From the IMG/VR virus record IMGVR_UViG_3300027811_000012, positions 1 to 40,746 of that record: DNA of 40,746 bases; one strand, 5' to 3'. This document shows, in pieces, positions 18,710-29,581 of this stretch. This DNA is from a virus. Taxonomy: Duplodnaviria > Caudoviricetes. A program made the position numbers and the translations under genes. Within the stretch, counting starts at the first letter, position 1. The number at the start of each line of letters is the position of its first letter. Under the pieces are notes generated by a model, which was not told where the DNA came from, searched no databases, and was given only the letters and a program-made list of their open reading frames with translations.

Positions 18710-19672
18710 ATGACGGCTCCAAATAATTTCAAAAATGGAGTTTCTAGCTTCGGAGTGCCGGTCATAGGAGGCGGTGGGGGTAATGGCCCTATCCCTTTCA
18801 CTCTTGGCAGTTATTTTTTTGTCAACAGTGCGACTGGTAATGATGGCGTAAATTCTGGAACACGAGACATCCCATTCGCTACAATTGATTACGCTATTGG
18901 ACAGTGTACGGCAGGTGCTTGTGATGTTATTATTGTAGCTCCTGGCCATACCGAAACTATTACAGCGGCAGGTGGTATCACGATGGACGTTGCGGGAGTA
19001 ACTATTGTTGGCTTGGGTAGTGGGTTGAATCGTCCTACAATCACCTATACTACTGCTGACACTGGAACTCTAGCAATTACAGCGGCGAACTGCACCATAG
19101 ACAATATGATTTTCAATGCCAACTTTGCTGATGTTGCAACGGCAATTATTGTTTCCGGTAAAGACGCTACAATTAAGAATAACATGTTTAAGGAACAGGC
19201 GACAAGCATGAACTTCCTTAACTGTATTCGTACCGGAGCGGTTGCCAACAATGCAGATGGCCTTAAAGTTATTGGAAATGAGCGCATCTCTATAGACGCT
19301 GCTGCACTTGCCTTTGTCTCTATTCTTGAGGCAACGAATCGTATGCATATTGCCTATAATTTTGATAATCAGGCTTCTGCGACAGATATTGGGCATTTCC
19401 TGATTATGGGCGCTTTTGTTTGTCTTGCCGCGCGTGTTATAGGAAATATTTGTAATATCACAGGTGACAATAATGCTCAAACAGTAGGAGTTTTTGCAAC
19501 AGGAAGCTCTACTACTTCTACTGGAATTATGGCGTATAACCTTTGCGGTTCACTTGACACAACTACTGAGTTGTTTGATACCGCTGCGCTTGACTTCCAG
19601 CATTTTGAGAATTATTACACTGGAACTATTGCAACAAATGGTAAGTTGTGGCCAGCAGCAGATGGTGCATAA
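18710..19672 (+). CDS. Beta-helix virion (head decoration/spike) protein
   Basis: 'FFVNSATGNDG...PFATIDYAIGQC...DVIIVAPGHTET' N-terminus followed by parallel beta-helix repeats. Confidence 0.75.
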   Translation: MTAPNNFKNGVSSFGVPVIGGGGGNGPIPFTLGSYFFVNSATGNDGVNSGTRDIPFATIDYAIGQCTAGACDVIIVAPGHTETITAAGGITMDVAGVTIVGLGSGLNRPTITYTTADTGTLAITAANCTIDNMIFNANFADVATAIIVSGKDATIKNNMFKEQATSMNFLNCIRTGAVANNADGLKVIGNERISIDAAALAFVSILEATNRMHIAYNFDNQASATDIGHFLIMGAFVCLAARVIGNICNITGDNNAQTVGVFATGSSTTSTGIMAYNLCGSLDTTTELFDTAALDFQHFENYYTGTIATNGKLWPAADGA

Positions 19673-19698
19673 CTTTTAATTTGCTTACCTAGACTACG

Positions 19699-19723
19699 GA
19701 GGGGCTTCGGCCCCTCTTATTTT
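19699..19723 (+). terminator. Rho-independent terminator
   Basis: gagggg-cTTCGg-cccctc followed by ttatttt. Confidence 0.8.
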
Positions 19724-19744
19724 AGAAAAAGGAGAAAAACTAAA

Positions 19745-20308
19745 ATGGCAGAGGTTGTGGTTAAAGAAAGCGGCATAGATGGAATTGAACTGTTTGGAGA
19801 AGTAGATAAAGTTAATGGCAAGGTAGGATCAGAATATCCTGTGTGGTATTTTGAACCGCATATACAGGAAATCAGAGAAGAGGCTACAAAGCTTGAGCAC
19901 AGGCTAAGGAATGGCCTTGTTGTTGAAAAAGGTAAACCTGCCGCACAAGCAGAATTAGCAAAGTATAAAGAAAAGCTTGATAAGATTGACTCGTCCAAGC
20001 CCGTATTATCAGGGCGGCAAAAAGATGAAATAAATAAGGCAACGGAAGACCTTGGACTAAAAATAAGAGAAGGGAAATTTTCTACCTCTGATGAAAAGAG
20101 AGGGCTTGTCGATCCGCATGAAGTTGCAGAAAGAATGATGACTCCTTGTATCAAACTCAACGAGTCACAAATGGCAATGGCTCATAAAATGGGTTGCCGT
20201 ATTTCCAACGATGGCAAGGTATCGGGTAATGATGCAGACCGAGTATGGAAAACCTATCGTAGATTGATAGGAGAATCTACAAATACTGAAATGCTAAGGA
20301 AAATTTAA
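19745..20308 (+). CDS. Hypothetical phage protein
   Basis: AAGGAG RBS; 187 aa. Confidence 0.7.
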   Translation: MAEVVVKESGIDGIELFGEVDKVNGKVGSEYPVWYFEPHIQEIREEATKLEHRLRNGLVVEKGKPAAQAELAKYKEKLDKIDSSKPVLSGRQKDEINKATEDLGLKIREGKFSTSDEKRGLVDPHEVAERMMTPCIKLNESQMAMAHKMGCRISNDGKVSGNDADRVWKTYRRLIGESTNTEMLRKI

Positions 20309-20345
20309 CTGTTTTTAACGTTCGTTCTATTGAGAAGGGTATAAT

Positions 20346-21284
20346 ATGGAAGGACAGACCTTAGTAAGGATGCTCAGGGAGCTTTTGAACGAGTCTTCTT
20401 CAAGTGCTTTTCTGAATGATCGTACCAGCTACGATTATTTATATACAGCCGTAAATGATTTTAATTTTAGGACTCATGCGCTTACAACTACTCAAAGCAT
20501 TCCCGTTGTGGCGTCTACGAGTGCCTATAATTTAAATCCTGACTATGTAGGTATGGCTTTGGTCGATACTTATAATAGGCCGTATATAAAGCATACTTAT
20601 TCCGGTTCAGATACTTTCATATTCAATGCTGATTACACTTCTGTTTACTTGAATAACAGCACTGCAACGTCGGCTGTTGCGGAGTCTTATTCTACAACTG
20701 ATGCCGCTCAACCATCGAATGTAACGGGAACAGCAACTAGCTCGGGAGCTTCGTCTAACGGTGAAAGCTCTTTGACTGATTCAACCGCTCCTTTCGCGAA
20801 TGTTTATCCAGGTGATTTCGTACACAATACGACGCAATCGACTGATGGAGTGGTAACGGCAAAGACTTCTTCGAGCGTGATTACCACTGCCCTATTTACA
20901 GATGGAGCAGCGGGGGCAGGATGGGCGCAGAACGATGCCTATGTGGTTGTATTACAGCCTAAATATAGCCTTGTTTTAACTCCGATCCCTTCAGCAACGG
21001 CTACTGTAACCGTTCCATATATACAGAGGCCGAATCCAGTGTATTCACCGTTCAGGGCGTATAAATTGCCTTTTGATTATATGATGCCTATAGTTCAGTT
21101 TGCAGCGTTTTTGTATAAATATCGAGATAGCGAAGCTAATTATGGGGATGCGTTCTTTAAATATTATGACGCATTTGCACGAAAAAAAGCCGCAGATATG
21201 AGGAAGGCAATAAACGAGCACCAGGGCTTCAGGGTTAATTTTACGAAAATAAATGGTAGATCGCGGCAATTTGGAAGTAGGTAA
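20346..21284 (+). CDS. Head-tail adaptor / tail tubular protein A with inserted domain
   Basis: 'LVRMLRELLNE', 'YNLNPDY', 'LVLTPIP', 'LPFDYMMPIVQFAA' adaptor pattern; precedes nozzle. Confidence 0.7.
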   Translation: MEGQTLVRMLRELLNESSSSAFLNDRTSYDYLYTAVNDFNFRTHALTTTQSIPVVASTSAYNLNPDYVGMALVDTYNRPYIKHTYSGSDTFIFNADYTSVYLNNSTATSAVAESYSTTDAAQPSNVTGTATSSGASSNGESSLTDSTAPFANVYPGDFVHNTTQSTDGVVTAKTSSSVITTALFTDGAAGAGWAQNDAYVVVLQPKYSLVLTPIPSATATVTVPYIQRPNPVYSPFRAYKLPFDYMMPIVQFAAFLYKYRDSEANYGDAFFKYYDAFARKKAADMRKAINEHQGFRVNFTKINGRSRQFGSR

Positions 21285-21286
21285 GA

Positions 21287-23785
21287 ATGCCAGTCAATGA
21301 AAACCCCGAAACAATAGCTTTAACCGGAAGAATGATAACCTCCGTAGACGCTACGACTTTGGGCCAAGGTGATTTTCAAAACCTTTCCAATATGCGCTAT
21401 ACGGATACCGGCATACTGTCTGCTAAGGGGATGACGAAGATAAACTCTTCTCCTGTTACTAAGCCTTCCATAACTGCGGGTATTCATTTTGTGAAAGACT
21501 ATCCTGCCGAAAGTCATGTTCTTGTTCAAGGTGTAGCGGCAGATACTTCATCGGCTATATATGACAATACGACAGCTATTCCTGGTACGGGTAATTTCGG
21601 CAGTGCTGTATTTTCTGAAACATCAGGAGCTTCAGCAGGTAAGTTCTCTCATGCTCCCGATGGAACGGTAATCTATGGGAATAGCAAAGACCTTGTTATT
21701 TGGGGAGGGGCAGAATCAAGAACCGCCGCTTTCATAGTAGCGAATCAGGATGATGCCCCTACGGTCCCTACAGTTCTCTATGATTACACTACTTCTGTAA
21801 ATGATAACGATACTACTACCTATGCGCTTATAAAACAGAGATATGTGCATATAGCTTCAACTAGAAAACTCCAAGGAGTAAAGTTTTATGTCACTACGGC
21901 AAATACGGCTACTGTTACCGCATCGGTAAAGTATTGGAATTCTAGTGGAGCATGGGCGGCAGTATCGGGTTTGGCTGATGGAACATCTAGCGGAGGGAAG
22001 ACCCTTGCTCAGACAGGATCAATAACATTTACCAGCACAGTATCAACGGCAACTGTGAGATATTTTAACAATCAGTTAGCCTATTGGTATTTATTTGACT
22101 TTAATGGAGTAGATGCAACGACGCAAATTTATCTTACTACCATAGATGCGCCATTTCAGTCTATAACAGACCTATGGGATGGATTTCCGGTACAAATTAC
22201 ATCGTTCCAGATTTTCAAGACAACTTATCAGGAATATGGTTCGCATGTATTTGCCAATGATTATGTATCAGGAGCACCAACGACCTATGTGGACCTGAAT
22301 GGACTAACTACGTCTCAATATGTTATTGTTGGTTTTGCACAGAGGATGCAAGGACTTAGGTTTAATGTTGTTCCTACTAATCCGAATACGGCAGCTACAA
22401 CTATTAACGTATTGTATTGGAATGGGACTGCCTTCACGTCGCTAACTCCGACAGATAAGACCACTGCGGGGGGCATATCATTAGCAAATACCGGAGTCGT
22501 ATACTGGACTCCACCTGCCGCATCAGCAGAATTTACTACAGCTATAACTACTCCTGATTTGTTTTATTATTACAAGATTTCATGGAATACGAATACAGTA
22601 ACAAATTCAGGTGGAATGCTCATTGATAGCATTTTTGGAATACCTGTATCAACGCAATTAGATGTTTATAAGTTTCCAGCAATGTTTCAAAATAGGCCGG
22701 TTCTTTGCAATAATCAAAAGAACGAAGCTAATTCCATATTGATAGGTAGCGCAAACGCAAACTGTGTTTTTAATGGAAGAGATTCAGTGAAATTATACTT
22801 TGGAGATGGAACGCAGATATTAGGCGGAGTACCATTTTTCTCTCGTTTTTCTAATGCTTTTTTTGAGAACTTTATAGTAGGGAAAGCTGATTCTATGTGG
22901 GTTGTAGATGGTACGAACACAGATGAATATAAGACTTTTCAAATATCCAGCGTGTACGGACTAGCGGCTCCTGGGACTCTTACATCGTGTGATTTGGGAT
23001 TTTCAAATGTACCAGGAGCAGGAACGGCTAGGAATGTAGTTTTGTGGCAGTCTTCAAAATCTATTTGTATATGGGAAGGAAGTATTGTTTATCCTATCCA
23101 TTTAGATATTGCGGATGTTTTTGACCAATCAAACAGTTACGCTATTGATTTAACAATGCATAGCCAATCTAAGGCTTTTTACGATGAAGAATTACGAGAG
23201 TGGCATTGGTTGTGGGCCTCTAAAGGAAATACGACCCTTAATATGGAATATGTCTTTGATCTAGGACGGCGCAAATGGTACAAGATAGATCGGGGAACCG
23301 GAAATAGGTTACAGCTTGGAATATCGGTGATAGATACAAATAATGCACGATATACTTACGGTGCTCTGGCAACAGGATATGCAGAAAGATTGGAATATGG
23401 ACAGACTTTTGATGGGACTTCAATAACCAGTTCTTTTTGGACTGGGGATATTCCATTAGGCAGAAATTGGACATCGGTAACAGAATTGAGACATATAACT
23501 CCCATAATGAAAGCAAAGGCAACTACTACAAATACTTTGCAGTTGGATTATTACGGAGATACAGGTACGACTGCGAAAAAAACTTTTCAGATAAACGTAA
23601 ATGATTCAAGTAATAGAATAGTTCAATCGCAACCTGGGAAACCGCGAGTTGCTTCATTAGGGTCAGTAGGGGGTTTTATCTTTCATAGTTTCAAATGTAC
23701 TATGACAACTAGCAATGAAAATTACTGTTTTGAACCAATAGGGCTTGCAGTTCAAATTGATAAAATTAGAGATCAGAAGCAATAG
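21287..23785 (+). CDS. Tail nozzle / tail tubular protein B (beta-propeller)
   Basis: 832 aa; 'FQNLSNMRY...KG..KIN' N-terminus and 'ITSSFWTGDIPLG' C-terminal pattern; synteny. Confidence 0.75.
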   Translation: MPVNENPETIALTGRMITSVDATTLGQGDFQNLSNMRYTDTGILSAKGMTKINSSPVTKPSITAGIHFVKDYPAESHVLVQGVAADTSSAIYDNTTAIPGTGNFGSAVFSETSGASAGKFSHAPDGTVIYGNSKDLVIWGGAESRTAAFIVANQDDAPTVPTVLYDYTTSVNDNDTTTYALIKQRYVHIASTRKLQGVKFYVTTANTATVTASVKYWNSSGAWAAVSGLADGTSSGGKTLAQTGSITFTSTVSTATVRYFNNQLAYWYLFDFNGVDATTQIYLTTIDAPFQSITDLWDGFPVQITSFQIFKTTYQEYGSHVFANDYVSGAPTTYVDLNGLTTSQYVIVGFAQRMQGLRFNVVPTNPNTAATTINVLYWNGTAFTSLTPTDKTTAGGISLANTGVVYWTPPAASAEFTTAITTPDLFYYYKISWNTNTVTNSGGMLIDSIFGIPVSTQLDVYKFPAMFQNRPVLCNNQKNEANSILIGSANANCVFNGRDSVKLYFGDGTQILGGVPFFSRFSNAFFENFIVGKADSMWVVDGTNTDEYKTFQISSVYGLAAPGTLTSCDLGFSNVPGAGTARNVVLWQSSKSICIWEGSIVYPIHLDIADVFDQSNSYAIDLTMHSQSKAFYDEELREWHWLWASKGNTTLNMEYVFDLGRRKWYKIDRGTGNRLQLGISVIDTNNARYTYGALATGYAERLEYGQTFDGTSITSSFWTGDIPLGRNWTSVTELRHITPIMKAKATTTNTLQLDYYGDTGTTAKKTFQINVNDSSNRIVQSQPGKPRVASLGSVGGFIFHSFKCTMTTSNENYCFEPIGLAVQIDKIRDQKQ

Positions 23786-23794
23786 GAGGCAATT

Positions 23795-24877
23795 ATGGCA
23801 ACCGATCCGTACTATTTTAGTCGTGATCTATTCAATATCCAGTCGCAGAGACGGGCGTTAGGTTCCAGCAGGGAATTTACCCCTGAAGCTTTGAGTAGTG
23901 TGGTAGGGGCTAATTTTAAAGCGCAGCAGGAAAATGAAATAACCCAAACGAATATACGGCAAAATCAAGAACGCATAGGACAAGCCAATGAAGCCGCCAA
24001 CAGAGCGCAGCATGAAAATGCCAGAGCTTCCGAGACCGCTGGTATAATGGGGGCTGCTCAGTTAGCCATAAGTGCTCCTTTGGCTATTTATGCGGGTAAG
24101 GCTCTTATTGGAGGCGGTGCAGCAGCAACAACAGGGGCAGGGGTAGGATCAGGTGCAGGGGCAGAGGCAGGAATGGCCTTATCTACTGAAATGGGAGTAG
24201 GTGGTGGATATGTCCAGCAATCGGCTATAACGGGAGCAGGGGCAGAGGTAGGAGGAACAGGGGCATTGAGTACAGGAACAGTAGCCGCAGCGGGAGCAGG
24301 TGGTGCATTAGCATTAGGAGCTTCTGTGGCAGGTACGAATTGGGCGGCTAGAGAGTTAAAACTACCCGGTAAGGCTGATTGGTATGGTGCAGGTGCAGGA
24401 ATAGGCGGGGCCATGGTCTCTGCTACTTTAATTCCATTAGCTGTAGGAAAAGACATTTGGGATTGGGCCAGTAATAATATTGGAACCCCACACGCAGAGA
24501 TTAATCTTGGTCCTGTCCATGCAAGTTCTATAATCTGTACAGAACTTAATAGACAAGGATTGCTTAAAAACAACATGCTGAGAGCGTCTTCGATTTACAT
24601 TAAAAATCATAAGAATGAAGCGGGGAACTGCGAGTTCTATAGTGGATACCTTATCTTCGCTGATCCAATAGTTGAGATAATGAAGAAATCAAAGGTATTT
24701 ACTTACCTTATGATGCCATATGGTTATATTATATGTCGTGAATGTGCAAGTAGGGTATCAACCAAGTATAAAAGCACTTTTCTCAGCAGGCTTGTTTATT
24801 CTGTAAGTGGGTTTGTGTTTAAACGCATATACGCCTATACTATCAATAAAAAAAGTTGGGGGGGATTATGCCATTAA
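23795..24877 (+). CDS. Putative ejection (DNA-injection) protein 1
   Basis: G/A-rich hydrophobic middle; C-terminal 'IICTELNRQG...GY...A.P.V..M' domain; follows nozzle. Confidence 0.6.
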   Translation: MATDPYYFSRDLFNIQSQRRALGSSREFTPEALSSVVGANFKAQQENEITQTNIRQNQERIGQANEAANRAQHENARASETAGIMGAAQLAISAPLAIYAGKALIGGGAAATTGAGVGSGAGAEAGMALSTEMGVGGGYVQQSAITGAGAEVGGTGALSTGTVAAAGAGGALALGASVAGTNWAARELKLPGKADWYGAGAGIGGAMVSATLIPLAVGKDIWDWASNNIGTPHAEINLGPVHASSIICTELNRQGLLKNNMLRASSIYIKNHKNEAGNCEFYSGYLIFADPIVEIMKKSKVFTYLMMPYGYIICRECASRVSTKYKSTFLSRLVYSVSGFVFKRIYAYTINKKSWGGLCH

Positions 24878-26409
24878 TTGAAGGTATTGGAGCGGTAGGA
24901 CAGGGACTTAGCAAGGAAATCCCTAATCTTCTTACAGCCGCGAGAGATCAGAGAAATGAGAATGAACGTCAGAGAGCTATTCAGTCTCCTGCAAATCAGT
25001 ATACGCAGGCTGTAAGTGCGCAAGCATTGGAAGATTTAAAGAAAGGTCAGGAAAAATTTGCCATAGCAGATATTGAGAAAATGCACCCACTTGCACCAGC
25101 TATGATAGCGGATGCGAAAGCCAAAATGGAAATAATGCCAGGGCAAACGCATGTAGAATTGCGAGAAATTAAGGCCGGGATGCAGCAAAAGTTGACGGAT
25201 GACTTATTTATGGAAACTGCTTTAAAGGGAATAATGAGTCAAAAAACAAATGAAGTTAAAAATGCTGAAACTTCATTGGGGGTAGAACAAGAGAAACTTA
25301 ATAAACTACAGGAAGACCCATTAGGAAATAAGGTTAAGATTGAAGAAACACAAAATAAGATTCAGAATTATACGCAAGTATTAGGGCAATCTAAGCAGCA
25401 GGAAAGTGGTTTGGATGCTCAACTTGATAAAATTCTTCTTAGAAAAGCTCAAGCATACAGAGGTAAATTAACAGGTGATATTGCTATCGCATGGGATGCA
25501 GTTTTAGAAAAAAATAAAGCTGATGGAAAAGTAGGTAGAAATGCTATTCCAACTGCTAAACAAGTAGAACAGCAAAAACTTGATAATAAGTATCAGGAAA
25601 AACCTGCTGAATGGAAAACATTTATAGGCGAACAGCCTGAAATGGCAAATAAATGGGGGACACAGGAAGGTGGAGACGCTTTCAAAGCTTGGAGAAAAAA
25701 GCAAACTACTGATAAGCAAGCATCCACTATAACTGGTCTTGACATACCGAGTATGTCGCAAAGTATTAAAAATGGAGAATCGAGCCTATCTGATATTAAG
25801 AATACTCGTGGGATTGCGGCAAGCAATATGGTAATGGCTGATGTTAGAAAAGAATTCCCACACTTTAATTTTATATATCAAGAGGCTAACAAAAAATTCA
25901 CTCAAAGCGCAACCAACTCCAGGATACTTGGAGCCGTAGATGCGTCTTTGCCACGAGTTCAGATGTTGGCAGAACAAGCCGAAAAGCTTGGGAATACTCC
26001 TATCCCTGCCTGGAACTCTGTGTTAAAGCAATTATCTGTACAAACAGGTGATGACAAGTATACAAACTTTATGAGCAATAGAAACGCAATTGTTCAGGAA
26101 GTTAATACAGCCCTTTCCGGATCATCTCAGTCTTCAGACATGAGAGTTCAGATAGAACTTGATAACCTAAGAGAAGCACGTAGCCCGAAACAGCTTGCAG
26201 GGTCTATTGTGAATCTTAGGGAAGCTCTACTTGCACGTAGAGAATCGTCCATGCAATATATATATCCAATGGAAGTTGTTCGTGGTGAAATGACAAAAGC
26301 TCAATTTGATAAAAATATTGCGGCTAAATATCGCGGGAAATATAATGCCACACAGTCACAATCAGTGCCAAAACAATCAGGAACGAGTTCAAACCCATTC
26401 GATAATTAG
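24868..26409 (+). CDS. Putative ejection protein 2
   Basis: Helical, Q/K/E-rich, ends with NPFD. Confidence 0.6.
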   Translation: MPLIEGIGAVGQGLSKEIPNLLTAARDQRNENERQRAIQSPANQYTQAVSAQALEDLKKGQEKFAIADIEKMHPLAPAMIADAKAKMEIMPGQTHVELREIKAGMQQKLTDDLFMETALKGIMSQKTNEVKNAETSLGVEQEKLNKLQEDPLGNKVKIEETQNKIQNYTQVLGQSKQQESGLDAQLDKILLRKAQAYRGKLTGDIAIAWDAVLEKNKADGKVGRNAIPTAKQVEQQKLDNKYQEKPAEWKTFIGEQPEMANKWGTQEGGDAFKAWRKKQTTDKQASTITGLDIPSMSQSIKNGESSLSDIKNTRGIAASNMVMADVRKEFPHFNFIYQEANKKFTQSATNSRILGAVDASLPRVQMLAEQAEKLGNTPIPAWNSVLKQLSVQTGDDKYTNFMSNRNAIVQEVNTALSGSSQSSDMRVQIELDNLREARSPKQLAGSIVNLREALLARRESSMQYIYPMEVVRGEMTKAQFDKNIAAKYRGKYNATQSQSVPKQSGTSSNPFDN

Positions 26410-26416
26410 GTGAATT

Positions 26417-28318
26417 ATGCCCGTAGATCAGAAACTAATAGATACAGCTTCCAATCTTGAGCAATCAGGAAAGACTCCGGCAGAGATTCTTAATTTGATT
26501 AAATCGAGTCAGTCCTATTCCGATGTAGGGACCAAGATAGATGAACTTCGTTCAAGTGGAACTAAGGATGATGATATTTATGGGTATTTGAAGACTGCGA
26601 AAATCTCAAGTGCAGCCCCTATTCAAGAACCTCAACCCGAAACTATGGGTGATCGTGTAGCACAGGTTGGTGACTGGATGGAGAAAAAGCGCACGGAATG
26701 GACTACTCCCACCGAGCAAGCACCTGATGCGAAAACTCCTGAATGGGCCGGTAAGTACCCTAATGCTCATGCTGCTCTTGGTGCGTTTAGAGAAGCGGGA
26801 AAGCCTTTAGCGGAAGCTATTGCTTTAGGCTCAAATATTACCCCCGTAGGTCTTCTTACAGGAGGTCTTAAATATGCTGCTGTGGAGCAGGGCGTTAGTG
26901 CTTTAGATAAGATTTTAGGAAACAAAGGTGAGACCACGCTAGGGACTCAGGTTAAGCAAGCTCTAACCGATACCGCAGAAGGGACTATATTACAAGCGGC
27001 GGGAGGTTTAGCCAAACCTGTTGCGCAAGGAGTTAGAAAAGGTCTTGGTATTGCCTCAGAATCAACAACTAAGTCTGTTACGGGAACAGCCGTTGCTGAA
27101 CTGAAGAGTACAATCAAAGACGTTAAGGCTATAGCAAAGGGCAGCGAACGCATAAATCAGGCTATTATAGATACCACTAAAACTTATATGCCTAAAGGGA
27201 TTGGTACGTCTCCTAAAAATGCAATGAGGGGAATGGAAAAATATGCTGAAGATGTTACCCCTGCCGTGGAAGATATTATTGCCAATAAGAACACTATTGA
27301 TGCTAATGGGAATAGGTTATTAAACTTTTTTGATAAACAAGGAGCCCCACTAAAAAATAACTTACCATATTCAGCAGAATCACAATTGCAGGCAATCCAG
27401 ACAAGAAAACCGCAGATATGGAAAGAAACTCTTGGAGAAATACAGCAGGCTTCCGAAGGCGGGGCTGTTGTTTTTGTTAAGGATATGGTTGCTAAGCTGG
27501 AATCACTTCTTACTAAAGAAAAAGAAGCACTGATACCAGACGTAGCTACTAGAAAACATATCGTCGGAATTTTGGAAAGAATGAAACAGTATGATAAGTC
27601 TGGGATGCCACTAGAACAAGCGCAGCAAGAACTTACGCAACTCAACGCGAAGATTTTCAATACTTCAAAAATAGAATATGATAGTTTCGGTAAAAAAGAA
27701 GTAGACCAATACATTGCAACTTATTTGAGAAATACATTGGATGATACGATTGGAAAATTCACAGGGACACCCAAATATGAGAATCTTAAAAAACTTTACG
27801 GTTCTTATAGAATCCTTGAGGAAGATACTATTAAAGCCGCAGCGAGATCAGCGAAAAAACAAGATTTCTCAATGTTCAATGTAACTGATATTTGGATAGG
27901 TTATCATACCGGAGTATCTTTACTTACGGGGAATGTCCCTGGTTTAGTTGCGGCAACAGGAGCGGAATTAGCGAAAAAATACATGGGCGCAAGAATGAAG
28001 CCAGATTTTCAACTTCAGACCATGTATAAACGAGTAGACAAACTCATGGAGCAAAAAGCTAGAATTAATACCCCGAAAACTGAATTTGGAAAAGCCGCGC
28101 AAAAAGGAATGAGCAAGCAAACACCAATAGCGGGTGGTTATAAACTTAGAGAAGAAGCATACAGAAGTCGTGGCGATAAGTATCCTTCTAGCGTAAGAGC
28201 TAAGATGCTTAGAGATGAACCAAATACCAATATTGACCTAGAAGGTTTAATTCCAAGCGATATCGCACTAAGGAAAGCACGAATCTTAGAACTAAGAGAG
28301 AAAAAAGGTAAATTATAA
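26417..28318 (+). CDS. Putative ejection protein 3
   Basis: 633 aa helical with G/A-rich segments; last structural gene before lysis. Confidence 0.6.
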   Translation: MPVDQKLIDTASNLEQSGKTPAEILNLIKSSQSYSDVGTKIDELRSSGTKDDDIYGYLKTAKISSAAPIQEPQPETMGDRVAQVGDWMEKKRTEWTTPTEQAPDAKTPEWAGKYPNAHAALGAFREAGKPLAEAIALGSNITPVGLLTGGLKYAAVEQGVSALDKILGNKGETTLGTQVKQALTDTAEGTILQAAGGLAKPVAQGVRKGLGIASESTTKSVTGTAVAELKSTIKDVKAIAKGSERINQAIIDTTKTYMPKGIGTSPKNAMRGMEKYAEDVTPAVEDIIANKNTIDANGNRLLNFFDKQGAPLKNNLPYSAESQLQAIQTRKPQIWKETLGEIQQASEGGAVVFVKDMVAKLESLLTKEKEALIPDVATRKHIVGILERMKQYDKSGMPLEQAQQELTQLNAKIFNTSKIEYDSFGKKEVDQYIATYLRNTLDDTIGKFTGTPKYENLKKLYGSYRILEEDTIKAAARSAKKQDFSMFNVTDIWIGYHTGVSLLTGNVPGLVAATGAELAKKYMGARMKPDFQLQTMYKRVDKLMEQKARINTPKTEFGKAAQKGMSKQTPIAGGYKLREEAYRSRGDKYPSSVRAKMLRDEPNTNIDLEGLIPSDIALRKARILELREKKGKL

Positions 28319-28545
28319 TGGAACCTAGAATGGTACGTAAAAAAACAATTTACGAATTGGTGCTTGGTGGACTAGGGACCGTGCTTATATTAGTTCTTGG
28401 TTTCCTCTGGTATCAAAACGTAGGAATAATAAAAGATGTACAAGCTCAATGTATAAGATTAGATGACAAGAAAGTTGATGTGGTGATATGGAAGTCTATT
28501 GATGATCGTTTAAAAAGAATTGAAGATAAATTAGATGATTTATAA
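28318..28545 (+). CDS. Single-TM lysis-associated protein
   Basis: One TM plus coiled coil 'DDRLKRIEDKLD'; upstream of endolysin. Confidence 0.6.
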   Translation: MEPRMVRKKTIYELVLGGLGTVLILVLGFLWYQNVGIIKDVQAQCIRLDDKKVDVVIWKSIDDRLKRIEDKLDDL

Positions 28546-28560
28546 TAAGGAGGTAAAATT

Positions 28561-28983
28561 ATGCAGCTTTCTAAAAATTTCACCTTGGAAGAACTGACGG
28601 TAACAAATACAGGGTTAAGTAATATTCCGAATGAAGAACAGAAAAGAAAATTGTTATATGTGGCTCAGTATCTTTTGCAACCGATACGAGACGAGTTTGG
28701 TGAAATCCATGTAAACAGCGGATTCCGCAGCGATCTTGTGAATGAGAAGATCGGCGGTTCCAAGACCTCTCAGCATCCGGAGGGCGAGGCCACAGATTTC
28801 AGACCAAAACTAGAAGCAGACCTTGTAAATGTTTTTAAATGGTGTAGAGAGAATTTAACTTTCGGACAACTCATATTTGAGCACAAAGGGGATGTATGGT
28901 GGATACATATTTCATTACCTCGCTTAGACAAACCAAATATGATGGTGATGAAGTTTGAAAACGGAGTATATACTAACATATAG
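28561..28983 (+). CDS. Endolysin, peptidase M15A family
   Basis: 'LSKNFTLEEL', 'VNSGFRS', 'GGSKTSQH..GEATD', 'WIHIS' Zn-binding motifs. Confidence 0.92.
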   Translation: MQLSKNFTLEELTVTNTGLSNIPNEEQKRKLLYVAQYLLQPIRDEFGEIHVNSGFRSDLVNEKIGGSKTSQHPEGEATDFRPKLEADLVNVFKWCRENLTFGQLIFEHKGDVWWIHISLPRLDKPNMMVMKFENGVYTNI

Positions 28984-28991
28984 GGGGCATT

Positions 28992-29441
28992 ATGTCATTC
29001 TGGTCATCGTTAATAGGCGGCGGGGTGAAGGACGCGGGGGACGGGGTTAAGACCGCTCTGGACGGAGCAGGAGGATTTCTTAAAGACATTCGCACGGCCA
29101 TAACAGGAAAAGACCCAGAACTTGACGCTAAACTCCTTGCGGCACAGGATAAGATTAATGCAGCCCAAGCTGAGATTAACAAGATAGAGGCCGCGTCTTC
29201 AACCTTCTTCGTGGCCGGGGCTAGACCTGCTATTTTATGGGTTTGTGCTATATCTCTAGCCCTATATTACCCTATTAGAGTGATTATGGGTATGGCAATG
29301 TGGGTTAGATTGGCATGGAGCGCGGATGTACTACCTACAATGCCAGATATGGGGATACAGGACATAATTGGATTAATAATGGCTCTTTTGGGCATGAGCG
29401 GGCTTAGAACATATGAAAAAAAGGAGGGTGTATCAAGATAA
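28992..29441 (+). CDS. Holin, 3TM (GTA-type) family
   Basis: 'QAEINKIEA.S..FFVAGARPAILWVC' and 'LLGMSGLRTYEK.EGV'. Confidence 0.9.
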   Translation: MSFWSSLIGGGVKDAGDGVKTALDGAGGFLKDIRTAITGKDPELDAKLLAAQDKINAAQAEINKIEAASSTFFVAGARPAILWVCAISLALYYPIRVIMGMAMWVRLAWSADVLPTMPDMGIQDIIGLIMALLGMSGLRTYEKKEGVSR

Positions 29442-29450
29442 CTATATATT

Positions 29451-29576
29451 ATGGAAATAAAATGCCCCTTATGCGGTAAAAAATTAAGAACAATAGAATT
29501 AAAACACCCTCTTTATTTTGCACGATGCGAGGACGAAAACTGTAAACCTGTTTATATATTGAAATTCAAATCATAA
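29451..29576 (+). CDS. Small Zn-ribbon protein (41 aa)
   Basis: Own translation MEIKCPLCGKKL...RCEDENCK. Confidence 0.45.
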   Translation: MEIKCPLCGKKLRTIELKHPLYFARCEDENCKPVYILKFKS

Positions 29577-29581
29577 ATATC

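Noticed and set aside
10191-27714. Minus-strand ORFs opposite structural genes
   Set aside because: Antisense shadows of long + strand genes with no recognisable motifs.
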